In this document: piece by piece, positions 12,558-23,619 of the stretch
Position numbering within the stretch: the stretch's first letter is position 1
Layout: each line of letters opens with the position of its first letter
Assembly (NCBI GenBank): GCA_023334545.1
Contig: JAADVB010000001.1
Location: forward strand, 1 to 64,000
DNA: 64,000 nt
Direction: 5' to 3'
Origin: Salisapilia sapeloensis CBS 127946
Taxonomy: Eukaryota; Protista; Oomycota
Notes under the pieces: generated by a model
The model's database searches: none
The model's input: the letters and a program-made list of their open reading frames with translations, nothing else
What the model was told of the DNA's origin: nothing
Made by a program: the position numbers and the translations under genes

Positions 12558-14245
12558 ATGGCATCCAAGTCCAATGGCAATTATAATTCCAACTACGATG
12601 AGGAATCCATCGACAGTAACTTCGTCGAACCGTCCTACGTCTCGGCACCACCGTCGTCGAATGCCAAGGAGGACACGCCACTGATGCTGTCATCACCTGA
12701 TGTCGACTCTCCCACACGTCCAAAGTCGCCATTGCAGCATGCATCGGCATGGAAGTTCTGGATGACGACATCCGTTAGCCACCGATTCTACCTTCTCGTC
12801 CTCATGAGTATTATTCCGTTCGGCGGACACTTTGTCAAGGTAACAGAGTTTGCTTATTCCCACAAGGCACAAGTGTATTTAACAATTGGATCTTGTAGAA
12901 CGGTATGTCATCGATTGAGCAGCTCATGCTGGACGATCCAGACTTCCCTATCACGAACACCATGTACGGTGCACTCATCTCGGTTGTGTCCGTCCCGAAC
13001 ATGCTCATCCCACTCTTCGGTGGTCGTATTCTGGATAAGCGTGGCCACGACAGCATTGTCTTCTTCCTCGCCTGGATTTGCGTCGGTCAAGCCATCTTTG
13101 CCATTGGCATGCAGCTTGAACTCTTCTGGCTCGCACTCTTTGGTCGACTCTTCTTTGGTGCTGGAGAAGGCAGCGTCGTGGTCGGCTCTCGTGTCTTCGT
13201 AGCCTTCTGGTTCCGCAATCGAGAACTGACGTTCGCCATGGGCGTCATGGTAGCAGTCACCAACATCTCCAAGATGCTAGCCAAGTCAACTACAGCGCCG
13301 ATTGCTCTCTTCTTTGGCGGATACGAGTATGCGCTCTGGTACGGCGCGATCATCTGCGTTATTTGTGTCTTTGTCGGTATCCTCGTCGTGAACTACACGA
13401 CGCAATTGAAAAACATTGTACGCAACCGCGTGGCGAACAATGAACTTCTCGATCCGCAGCTGCATTGGCTGCAGGGGTATGCAGATAAGAAGCGGAGGCA
13501 GCACCAGCTCAAGCTGAGCAGCAGCAGAGGCGCAAAGCAAGTGTCCTGTAAGACTTTGAAGGAGTTCCCTCGCATGTTCTGGGTCGTCAACATCCTCCAC
13601 GTCACCTTTATCAACGTCTTCCATCTCTTCCAGAACGTCGCTAGCAGCTACTTGTATCAGAACTACGGCTACTCGCTTGTCAAGGCCGGGTACATCAGCT
13701 CTTTGTCCCACACTTTTGTCATCTTCGCGCCTGCGATCGGTTTTGCCATCGACCACTTTGGTGGGAGGCTGTACATGATTATCCTATCTTCCATCATGGC
13801 TGTCGTGGCGTATGCGATGATGATTTTCACGTCGATCGACCCGATGGTCTCCATGGTCCTCATCTCCATCTGTCTGTCGTTCACACCAACGATCCTTATG
13901 GCCGCCATCCCAGGCACCGTCGACAAGAAGAGTCTCGGAGGCGCCTTTGGTATCGTAGAAGTCACGGATGCCATTGGTGCCACGTTCGGGAACATCCTCA
14001 TCGGCTACTTGCGTGACGAGACAGGATCGTTCGATGCCGACATGTACTTGCTGCTGAGCATGGCTGTGCTCGCACTGGTGCTAAGTGTCTGGTTGTTGGT
14101 GGAAGACAGGAGTAGTGGAAGCACTGTGAGTGCACCTATTTCTCGATCGAGAGCGTACTCTGTGGATGATGAATATCCTGTCGCTCAGCCTGTGGTCGCC
14201 GGTGGAGGCAGCAGCGACAGCACTGGTTCCAACGGATCTGGATGA
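12558..14245 (+). CDS. Major facilitator superfamily transporter, MFSD1-like (lysosomal type)
   Basis: Intron 12840-12898 joins ...GGHFVK to NGMSSIEQ.... It has about 12 TM segments and the motifs GGRILDKRG, GRLFFGAGEG and WFRNRELTFAMG. Confidence 0.88.
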
Positions 14246-14641
14246 GTGTACAGAGGTTGGTGTATCAGTTTTGAAATGCAAGTCAAATAGGAGCAATCGA
14301 ATACTAGATTTCGATGCAATAGTCAAGTGCGTGTAGATGGCGATAGGTCTCGAGGAGACTACACCAGCACCCGTCCGACAGGACGAGACGTACGATAGAA
14401 CCGAAAGTTAGCACAAATCGTTTAACTTTTTTCATAAACCATATAGGAAAGCCAAGTATGAATACATACCATTTTAAATAGCTACCTTTTTGGTCGTGGT
14501 TTGCATGCATACCGGTATGAAGGAAGCGGTCGATCGGATCTACTAGACGGTTGTACCACTACAGTTCATACTGTTCCGGATACGTACCACTTCTGGAATG
14601 ACTTGCGTAGAGTATAGGCCGAACCCACAATCGAACACAAG

Positions 14642-17600
14642 ATGCCGGACACTAGCGACGATGTGGTATTTGCTGGTTGTTTGCTCACATTTGACGGCGC
14701 TAGTGTGGATGTGAATGTCGACCAAGAATCTTTCCAATTCCTCCAGAGCATCACTGGCTCCATGAACGTCATTTCAGTGCATGGACCGAGGGTAGCTTGT
14801 CATTCCTTCAGTTCGAAGCACTTCAATGTATGCTTATCGATTGTTGGCATGTGTAGGATACTGGTAAAACGGAGATTATACGAAAGATTGTGAACCATGG
14901 TCAGGAGATTCAAGGGGAGGTACCTGCGGATGATGAAGAGTGTGTAGATCACTACTTATCAATGCCGTTATGATTGTCAAGCTGACTGGCGTTATGATAG
15001 AGCTGTGTGGTTGTATGTCAGGCGTAATAATTACGCTGGTGCCCACTACATTGCTGTTCTCGATCGCCCTGGCTTTGGAGAAAATGAGGTGTGCTGTCAT
15101 TTTCATACTACTCTTACCAGAAGGGAGAAGCTGTAGGCTTTTCGTCATCTTACTTTCCCATCATGTAGGAATTCAATACACTCCTGTATAAAATATTGTC
15201 AGCCGTCAGCAGGTATGTTCACCATAAGATTGGAAAGCTTAATGATAGTCTCATTCGATACGATTAACAGTGTTGTCCTCCACGTCGTCGATGGCGAGTT
15301 GACATCTGAGGCACTCGACACATTTGCATTCTTACACCAAGAACCGAACGATGATGGCAAGCCTCCTTACGGTACGTAGATCGCCTTATACACCTGTAAC
15401 AACTGACTCATTCTGCATAGTCCTGCCGCAAAAACCAAAGCTGATATGGCTACTCCAGAACTCATCGACATCTCAAATCAAGGAACTAGCTGGCGGATCC
15501 AATCTCTCCATTCAACAGGCTGAGCAAGCTTACTTGGAGACTGTCCTATCATCTCAAGCGCCTGATTCACCAAGTGCACTCTTTTGCGACCAATTTGTAT
15601 CTGTCTTTCCCGATCAAATTTGCTTTTCGCTCCCTCCTTCCGATTCCGACGCAATGGATAAGCGTGTGGAAAAGTTGGAAAAGATCATATCCGAGAACGA
15701 TCGAAACCAGTATGCAAAACAGGCTACGATGAACGGACCGTTATTAACGTCGTTACTCGTCACGATGCTAGCCCACACGGATGACGTCTTTAGTGTACAT
15801 ATTGCATAGCTATAAGACAAGAGCTTGTATCTCATGTACGACCCTGTAGGTCTTTCGTCGTCGGTTGTGGAAGGAAATGGTGCGCAATTGCTGTATGAAT
15901 ATCGTCGAGACTGGCGTGAAACTGTACAAGACATTGATGGTCGAACGTCTGGGGGACGCTATATCCAATCGACTGGATCTGGCCGACAACAAGTACGTTC
16001 TCCACGAAGTCTCTATGGCCAACATAGACACGACGCCTATCGAGGTACACTTAAAGTTATCAATCGATACAATGCACAGCATAGCTAAATGAATATGTAG
16101 CTACCGACGGATATGGAAGAGCTGGACGATGCCCATGACGAAGCGAGACGTGTGGCGAAAAAGTGTCTTAAAACGCTCCCTGTGTGTGCTGGAAAGCTAA
16201 ACAAACTACTTCGTGTAAGTTACAGCTACTTTGTACTAGTGGAAATCTAGACTTATGCTCCTTTTGTGCTGTAGCAACTATTTCAAGACTTAGTCCAGTC
16301 GGCGTATAAGCAGATTGAGGATGAGAACAATGCGCAATCGTCGGAAGTGTGTCGAAATGTACTAACTGAGCTGCATCAAACGATGCGAGAGAAAGTGGAA
16401 GCCTATCTAGTGCTCCCAGATGATGCAAAGGACACTTACTCATGCGAATCATCTACTTTCAAGGTACATGTGTCTACATCTTGTCGGACGAAAGAGAATT
16501 ATATTCATACACGTCTTGATAGCGCTTTTACATTTCGTACCAAATGCACTTGTACGAACTCATGGCAGATTACACGGAGAATGCCAAAGGTCCCATGGCA
16601 GTACGTAGCTTACTTCTATACTTTCGCATTTGACTAGGATTGACAAACTCCTTTTGCTTGTAGAAAACGGAATTAGCTCAATTCACGCAAAACACAATCG
16701 TTCCAGAACTATCAGAAATGAATGAAATGCTCGAACGAGTGCGTGAAAACGATATGGAGTCCATTCAGGTAAAGCGATATGATTGATTACCCATGCGCAT
16801 AGTGTACTGATCCTACGACAGGATACTGTTCGAGAGTACGAGGACTCGTATGAAGATCTCATAAACCAGCAACGCCAGCATCATCGAGTACAGCCTATAT
16901 TCTCTAATCACCTCTCTGTGGTATTCATCGTCTATCTGTCCACTAGTTGTCCATCGGGTCCAAGTCGGAGAAAAAGAAGCAACTCGTGCATGCTGCCAAG
17001 CTACATCAAGTACATGCTTTCTACCATCCCATCTTCTACCAAGCCTTCACACTCTTCACTTCTAGATACGAAAGGAGATGTTAACGGAAGCTTTGAAAGA
17101 CTTGGACTACCTCCATCAATCTGCTACAGAACAAGGGAGATACCTGGAAGAAAACGCGTTCAATTCTGTATAAACTTTGTCTAATAACAAATATCCTTCA
17201 TATCAATGCTAACTACTCTTGTAGGTACAAGCGTCGTATGAACAAGTGGTCGAAGCGCAGCAGGAACAGGGTACGACACAACTGCAAGGGTATCTTGTGA
17301 AACAAGGCGGAGGCGGCTCTAGCTTCAATCCATTCTCGCGAAACAATTGGAAAGAAAGATACTTTATTCTCATCGGATCCAATCTCTTCTATGCGAAAAG
17401 CAAGGATGAGTATGAGCGTGGTCGGATCATTAAAGAAATAAGTCTTAGAGGGTATATTCCTACAATATCTAGCGAAATGATCGTGCTATTCACATGCGTA
17501 CTAGATGCCACATTGAACAAGCACGCGATGCTGGAGAAGGCATCAACATTATTCCTCCAGAAATGGCTAGTTCAGGCTATGTCTTCCAACAGCAGCGTGG

Positions 17601-17736
17601 ATTTTTCGAGAAAAATAGCAAGAAGCGTGCTTCGGCAGGTGACGCTGGTCGAGTCTTCCATCTTCGAGCGAAGAGTGTTGAAGAACGAGATATGTGGATG
17701 GATAAACTGCGCCAAAGTACAGGCAGATATGCATAA
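14642..17736 (+). CDS. Guanylate-binding-protein (GBP/atlastin)-like GTPase with a helical region and a C-terminal PH domain, about 13 introns
   Basis: Splicing 14792-14856 creates the P-loop VISVHGPR|DTGKT. Splicing 14940-15000 gives AVWLYV...IAVLDRPGFG. Later exons give PKLIWLLQN, ICFSLPP, MNGPLLTSLL, LWKEM and LDDAHDEA, all GBP-like. The last exons encode GYLVKQG...WKERYFIL...FHLRAKSVEERDMWMDKL (PH domain). Some internal junctions are uncertain. Confidence 0.75.
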
Positions 17737-17957
17737 ACTTCTTCGTCTTTGCTCCTTTTCATGTATACATGCTTTAGCTACTTGCCATTTGACCGATATA
17801 CTACTTGAAACGCATCTATCGTACGAATTTGGTCTGTAAGTACCGTCGGAGTTGGTGAGGGATACTTTGCTTTGAGTACAAACCTTCGGAATTGGTCCGA
17901 ATCGTTGATGAAACTACCTGATGTCGCTGTCGTTTCACTTACGTTTATGTTACGTAA

Positions 17958-20102
17958 ATGGACGTGAATACAGAGCAAGATGGGCCGAGTACTGCTCGCG
18001 AAGCTCTACAGAAGCTAACAAGCGAAATCCAGTCAGTTTGGCACCCACAAGATGCTCCGAATCGACCCAAAGAGATCCCTCGAGAGTTTTTAGCTCGAGA
18101 TCTTCGGGAAAAGCGAAAGTTTCGACAGCTTTCACGCAAATTGGCAATTTTTGTCTCCTTTTCCTGCGTCTACGTTGCCATTCTCATTTTGGATCGAAAC
18201 ATTTCTGGCCGTAAATGTCCTTCAATAACTATCCAGATCATTGTCTAAGTTCTACATTCTTTCGCTGTAGGATCCATCATACGACACGTTCTGTACAAGG
18301 ATGTATTAGAAGACTCATCGACACCGAACTCACTTGACTTTCACGATATTTACAGTATCGGTAGCTTCTGGCGTTGGTTCCAAGATTCGTTTCTGCATGT
18401 CATTTATGACCAAGTCAATAGCGATGGAAGTGTTCGACTTCCACATGAGCTCTACACGATAGCGTCACATACCACGATTGTTGGCGGATTCCATCTCCTC
18501 CAAACGCGATACCAGGCCCTCAATACTTCTGCAAACAGCACCATTGGTGCTGTATGCTATAGCGACTATGTACCGACACTAGACTATACCTGCTTCTCTA
18601 GTTATCGAGACTCGACCGCAAGCTTCGGATGGACAAATGGAACTGTGAATGGCTCCTACGAACTTGATCAGCTCGAAGCTTTTAACTACACTGTCACGAA
18701 CTACACTGCTGGCTTTCAAACATACTTTTTACGTAGTGAGACAGAAGGTAGAGAGGAGTTTGAGCGTGCAGAGCGCATGAAGCAACACAAGTGGTTAGAC
18801 CAACAGACAAAGCAAGTGGATATTACGATGCCCTTGTACAACCACAACTTAAAGATATGGACTATCATGGAGCTTAAAATTCAATTCGACCTTGCTGGAG
18901 GTGTACTGCCAAAGAGTCATCTTCACATCACCAGTATCGAGCCGTACGACTGGTATAACCGTGTCAATGTCGTTCGAAGTATTTTGGAGATCATTTACAC
19001 CGCCCACGTTTCCTACTTCTTTCTGCTTGAGCTATGGAATTTAATTGTACTAAGCAACTTTAGCTTCCAGGAGTATCTACAACGTTACGGCAGACTCAAC
19101 GCGCTGAGTGAATGGTCGAATATCTTGATTAATACCCTGATTATCTTGTGGCGGTATATCGTTCAGACAAGCGATGCACGTCAGCGCATGAAAGCATTGG
19201 AATCATTTGACGAGTACGTCCATGCCGAGAGTCTTTCGTTTTGGGATGAAGTCCTGCTCACCGCGAATATCTGCAACTTGCTCCAGGTTACCGGTCGCGC
19301 ACTCAAATACTTCCAGGTTACCAATGGTGGGCACCGTCTCATGCACAGCGTCTACGGCTCCATGCCAGAGATATTATCTTTCATGCCGATCTATGGGTGT
19401 ATGGTCTTGGGCTACACGTTTGCTGGTCACTTACTCTACGGACTCAACTTCCACGAATGGTCAACTTTCTCTCGCTCGCTCTTTCGAGTCTTTGAACTCA
19501 ACTTTGGCTTATACGACCCCGCTCCAATCTACGCTGCAGGTGGCGTGCTTGGTGCGATTTTCATCTACTCTTCCAACATTGTATTCTGCATCCTAATGTT
19601 GAACGTTTTCATGGCCATTGTCATGTCCACATGGGATTTTTACAGTGCAAAAGAGAACGCTGTTGCGGAGGAGCGTCGAAAGTATTCAAGGACGTTGGGA
19701 CTAATGGAGCTATTCCATGTCATCATGCTCGATCAGGACGTCATGGATGCGCTTATTGAAGTCATCGACGAATTAAACTACGCCAATCTAGTCAACAGAG
19801 AGATGTTCGTAAAGCAATGGGAGTACTTTGCCACGACAACGACAGACGCAACGTGGAAATTCATCGTGTCATGGTACTGGACTGTGAACGAGACCAGTCA
19901 AAGCGCAAATTTAAAGATCAAACCGCTAGACTTGAAGTCACAGGAACGTTTGGATCAAAATCCTCTTGCAAGCAACGAACGTTTGACGGAAGATGTTCTG
20001 ACAAAGAAAGCAGTAGGCGAAAACAAACCACTGAATCGGAACCGATACGGTGTTGATCGTGTCGCTGTTGAAGACATAGATAAAGATAGCAACGCAGAGT
20101 AG
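17958..20102 (+). CDS. Polycystin-2 (TRPP/PKD2)-like cation channel
   Basis: Intron 18211-18270 joins the first TM to a large extracellular domain (FWRWF, GGFHLLQTR, WLDQQTKQV, YNHNL). Five further TMs follow, with a pore helix STFSRSLFRVFELNFG and S6 ILMLNVFMAIV. Confidence 0.88.
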
Positions 20103-20446
20103 AGTTCACGTATAAACAACATATAGCTAGACGTTTTGGACAATTAGTATGCGTACCGACACAAAAGTCCAACTACGCTACCATCCAACACAAAGTGAAC
20201 TCGACACCAAACCGATCTCATCTTGAGATGCAGTCGTAAACGAAAGATAAGCAGTAGTATATTTATGATATCTAGCTCTCCGCTTTCGACTGCAATTTCC
20301 GTCTCCAGTACGCGTCCGAAAAGTTTTCTTTTGTGTTTTTCCTAATTCAATCACTTGTCTGTCGAGATTGCGACCTCATCGACTATTTCCAAAAAAGAGA
20401 GTAAAGAATGTGCATCATGATATCTTCTGTCCTTCGAAAACATCAT

Positions 20447-21859
20447 TTAGGCCATGGGCTCGACCGTCCCGCTTTCACTTGCCCTCGTCGCAGACAAGTG
20501 ATTCCGAAGGTTGCGCACAAAGCAGTTCATTTCACTCAATGAACCTTTACGAATCGCACTGGATGGCAAGTACATTTTAATGTCACAGTTGAGAACCCAC
20601 ACGAGTCGCGACTTGAAAGGCGAGGCTTCATGCGGGGAGATGACGAATCCCGTCGGGCCGTTCACACCACGCGTCGCGCCTTTCGTTGTTGGCACCAAAT
20701 TCTTACCGGCACAAGTGCTGACGACAACGTATCCGTCACCACCTTGTTTCCGCCACGTACGAGAATTGACAAAGTCACGACTGGTGATCATGCCACCTAA
20801 TGCAGGCGCTGACACGACGTGTACCAAATCCGTGCTGTCATCAAGCTTCTTGAGAATCTTGTTCTGAGCTGTCGTCACGTTCCATGAACTGCTCGTTTCG
20901 AATTGTTCGTACAAGACGTCAAAGAGTTCTTCCGCCGAGACATCAAACTCAGCTTCACATTTAAAGATACGCACAGGCTTCGCGTCTCTAGAGAACAATG
21001 CCATGCTTTCGTGAGCAGCTTCTTCCGCCGTCCAGCCGTCATTCGTAGATGCCAAGGTCGTCAGTGTCTCCAACGCCGTCTCGGCATTGCCCAGAATGTC
21101 AGTTGTCTGCTTCTCGGACAACTCAACTTCCTTCTCAGCTTTAGGTGATGGAGGCTCCTCCCCACTGCTGCTGGAAGTCGTCGACTTGCGACCTTCCTTG
21201 TCCACGATGACTGTGTCTGAAGTCGTTACCTGGATCTGTCGCTGGTGTCGACGCCACACTTGCTTCGCTAGTTCCTGTAGGTTTTTCAAGAAACCGGCAA
21301 TGAGAATCCACATGGCTGGATTGGAAAAGGTGACTTCATCCAGTAGGAACCAAAAGGACGAAGCGAAACATGCCATGGAGATGACCATGAAACTAATTTC
21401 CAACTCCTCCTTTGGACTCTCGAACGGAATATCACAGTTGACAAAGGATGTCAAGGACGAATCAGCTCTCGTGTCGTCATCTGCAGCATCAATCACGCTG
21501 GTACTACTCTGCAAAGCCTCGGCGCACTTGTCGCACACGCGATACCGACGAGGCGGTCCGTTGGTAGCGTCCGACTTGTGCAGCAAGGCACGCTTGCCGC
21601 TGCACTTGCTACAGAAAATATGGCCGCAGCGACGACAGTGGTGTCGACGGTTCATAACCGTGAAAGATCGCTCGCACTGCGAGCAGCTGCGGCACTCAGA
21701 ATCATGCACCCACTCTTGGCTCGCAAGAAAGTTGGGCGAGCTGAGGTTGTTCGCGTTCGGGTCTGCGGTGTCCGGCTTGGCCGTGGCGTCTCCGGAGGAA
21801 AACGAGTGCCGCTTCCGAAGACGAGCCATGCGACTAGTCGGTAGAGGCTTGACGCACAT
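20447..21859 (-). CDS. FYVE zinc finger + TM hairpin + START lipid-transfer domain protein
   Basis: FYVE motifs WVHD, RRHHCRRCG and RVCDKC are present, followed by two hydrophobic helices and START motifs (SRDFVNSRTW, VNGPTGFVI, LVWVLNCDIK). The track start at 21952 is GTG; the first ATG is 21859. Confidence 0.9.
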   Translation of the reverse strand: MCVKPLPTSRMARLRKRHSFSSGDATAKPDTADPNANNLSSPNFLASQEWVHDSECRSCSQCERSFTVMNRRHHCRRCGHIFCSKCSGKRALLHKSDATNGPPRRYRVCDKCAEALQSSTSVIDAADDDTRADSSLTSFVNCDIPFESPKEELEISFMVISMACFASSFWFLLDEVTFSNPAMWILIAGFLKNLQELAKQVWRRHQRQIQVTTSDTVIVDKEGRKSTTSSSSGEEPPSPKAEKEVELSEKQTTDILGNAETALETLTTLASTNDGWTAEEAAHESMALFSRDAKPVRIFKCEAEFDVSAEELFDVLYEQFETSSSWNVTTAQNKILKKLDDSTDLVHVVSAPALGGMITSRDFVNSRTWRKQGGDGYVVVSTCAGKNLVPTTKGATRGVNGPTGFVISPHEASPFKSRLVWVLNCDIKMYLPSSAIRKGSLSEMNCFVRNLRNHLSATRASESGTVEPMA

Positions 21860-22035
21860 GGAAACAAGGCGCTTGCGAGTCGACTTGCGAGGCTCGACCG
21901 AGGGGGCTGCGCGAGGGACTTCTGATCCTCTCGACCCACTAGGCCGCGCCACCTTGACTCGTCGAATACGAGGTCTGTGAAGCGACCGAATGATGCTAAG
22001 TGTCCGGTGTCCTCAGAGATGAAGACGAAGAGAAA

Positions 22036-22620
22036 ATGAGCTCTGTGATGTCGCTCTTTCGCTCCTTTCGCTCTTCGAGACAAACTGGCGAGTGTACTCA
22101 GGTTCATAGTGAAACCAAGTCAACTCCCACTCCTGTCACGCTTCGTGACACATTTTTCGGCGTTACATTCGCGTATGTTGCGATGCATGCAAAGCCACTG
22201 TTAAAGGCGGATTTTTCGTTCGTGCAAGGATAAACGTATACATTTCGAGATGGATTTGGATTCCAGTCCCAGGAAGAGGTTTCATGGAGAGAGATGAGAA
22301 AAGATCGCGTGCGCTTGATGGCAGCAGAATCTTGAACGGTCGTTGCACGATTGTATCCGATCGACCGAAATGCCATCCGATCGCGTTGGAGTAATGCGTA
22401 GAAATGTATATGCGACTAGTTTAGGCAATTCCTTGAAAACGCGCTGCTGGATTATAATTCCATCCCGTCGATGCCGCCTGGATCTCTGATTCATATTAAA
22501 GATGGGTAAGCTTCCCTATAGTGGCACTGGATTGTCTGCAAGTCAGAAAACATGAACCCGGATATCACATCTCTACCTCGTGGGTGCAGGTTTCGTCTAG
22601 GGTACAAGATATTTTATGTG
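22036..22620 (+). CDS. Possible small multi-exon hypothetical protein, divergent from the FYVE-START gene
   Basis: ATG 22036. Candidate introns (GTATGT...GCAAG, GTATCC...GACTAG, GTAAGC...) can link in-frame exons such as INVYISRWIWIPVPGRGF and FRQFLENALLDYNSIP. I recognise no family, and the end coordinate is approximate. Confidence 0.3.
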
Positions 22621-22890
22621 GAGGCTGTGGTCTCTAGGTTACCAGGGCGTTCGTGCGCACCTTGTGGTGGCGCGGAATGCGAACGCTCACCCATTTCGAA
22701 CCTGACAATAACGCAATATCCAATACTATTATTTAATTCAACTTTTTAAGTTACCTCTACTTAATGACTTGAAGTGAAAACAACTGCGACCAAGTTTATC
22801 TGGGCTCGTGGGCTGGTACCAAGCAAGTTCGTGACGTAAAATCGAGGGCACAATATACTGGGTAGCACGAACGAAACCAACGAGCCGGTA

Positions 22891-22906
22891 GCATTTTCAC
22901 TTTTGC
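22891..22906 (+). promoter_or_regulatory. INR/FPR core promoter of the PH-domain gene
   Basis: GCATTTT-CA-CTTTTGC, 19 nt before ATG 22926. Confidence 0.6.
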
Positions 22907-22925
22907 GTCCAACACATCCTCGACC

Positions 22926-23501
22926 ATGGCGGAAGGCTATCTACTCTTGCACGGTCTCGGCAATCACGCAGTACGTACTATCTTTTGACGCATTCCAAAC
23001 ATATCTAACATGTATCCAAAGGATCCGCTCTACTTTGAACTTGGAAACGGAATGTTACACTACTATCGCCGAAAAGGCGGCGAACATCTCGGTCACTACA
23101 CGCTCACGCGCCACCGAGTCACGCCTCAGTCATTGCAAGGCGGATTGAGCCCTTTTCGATTCATTGTTGAAATCAAACCAATGCGCTCTCGCCATCGTTC
23201 TTGTGAAGACGACAAGATTCAGAGCAACAATACCACGCTCTTGCTCAGTGCAACGACCTTTAGCGCGCAGCAAGCATGGTTGCAAGCCTTTGTCACCTGG
23301 CGTCGTCATAATTGGCACGAACCAGTCGTCATCTCTGGGTACGATGACGACATGGGTATCCTGGAACGAGTCATGAGTTCCTTCCGCCTGCAGCGAACGA
23401 TCACAACGGCAGGATTGTCGGCGCTCGAGCAAACGCCACAGAACGAGCAATCGTGGCAATATGATCAACGATCATCACATACCCTCACTGCTAGCTACTA
23501 G
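22926..23501 (+). CDS. Small PH-domain protein
   Basis: Intron 22971-23021 gives MAEGYLLLHGLGNHA|DPLYFELGNGMLHYY...FRFIVE...LLLSA...QQAWLQAF, a PH-fold pattern. Confidence 0.8.
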
Positions 23502-23619
23502 TAGCAGCAGTACGAACCAAATCAATGTCTACGTGTAAATCTCATGTATTGTTCCTCTACTCTTCTTTCGTTACATACTTTTCCTCCAAGTCCTGTGCTT
23601 CCACTCGCTAGCATACACT

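Noticed and set aside
14250-14640. Cluster of GTATGT/GTACGT donor-like sites on the minus strand between the MFS and GBP genes
   Set aside because: The implied introns (27-29 nt) are shorter than any supported here, and no coherent protein could be built.
15050-15090. DRPGFG resembling the septin DTPGFG motif
   Set aside because: The surrounding motifs (AVWLY, LIWLLQN, CFSLPP, NGPLLTSL) fit the GBP/atlastin family, and the septin-unique element is not evident.
14642-17839. Apparent frameshifts and premature stops suggesting a pseudogene
   Set aside because: The breaks I traced coincide with short GT-AG introns that restore the frame. The same holds for RCL1, SPEF1, NOP53 and the 29.4, 32.6 and 38.3-kb genes.
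21087-21980. 297-aa plus-strand ORF
   Set aside because: Exact antisense of the FYVE-START gene, which carries all the conserved motifs.
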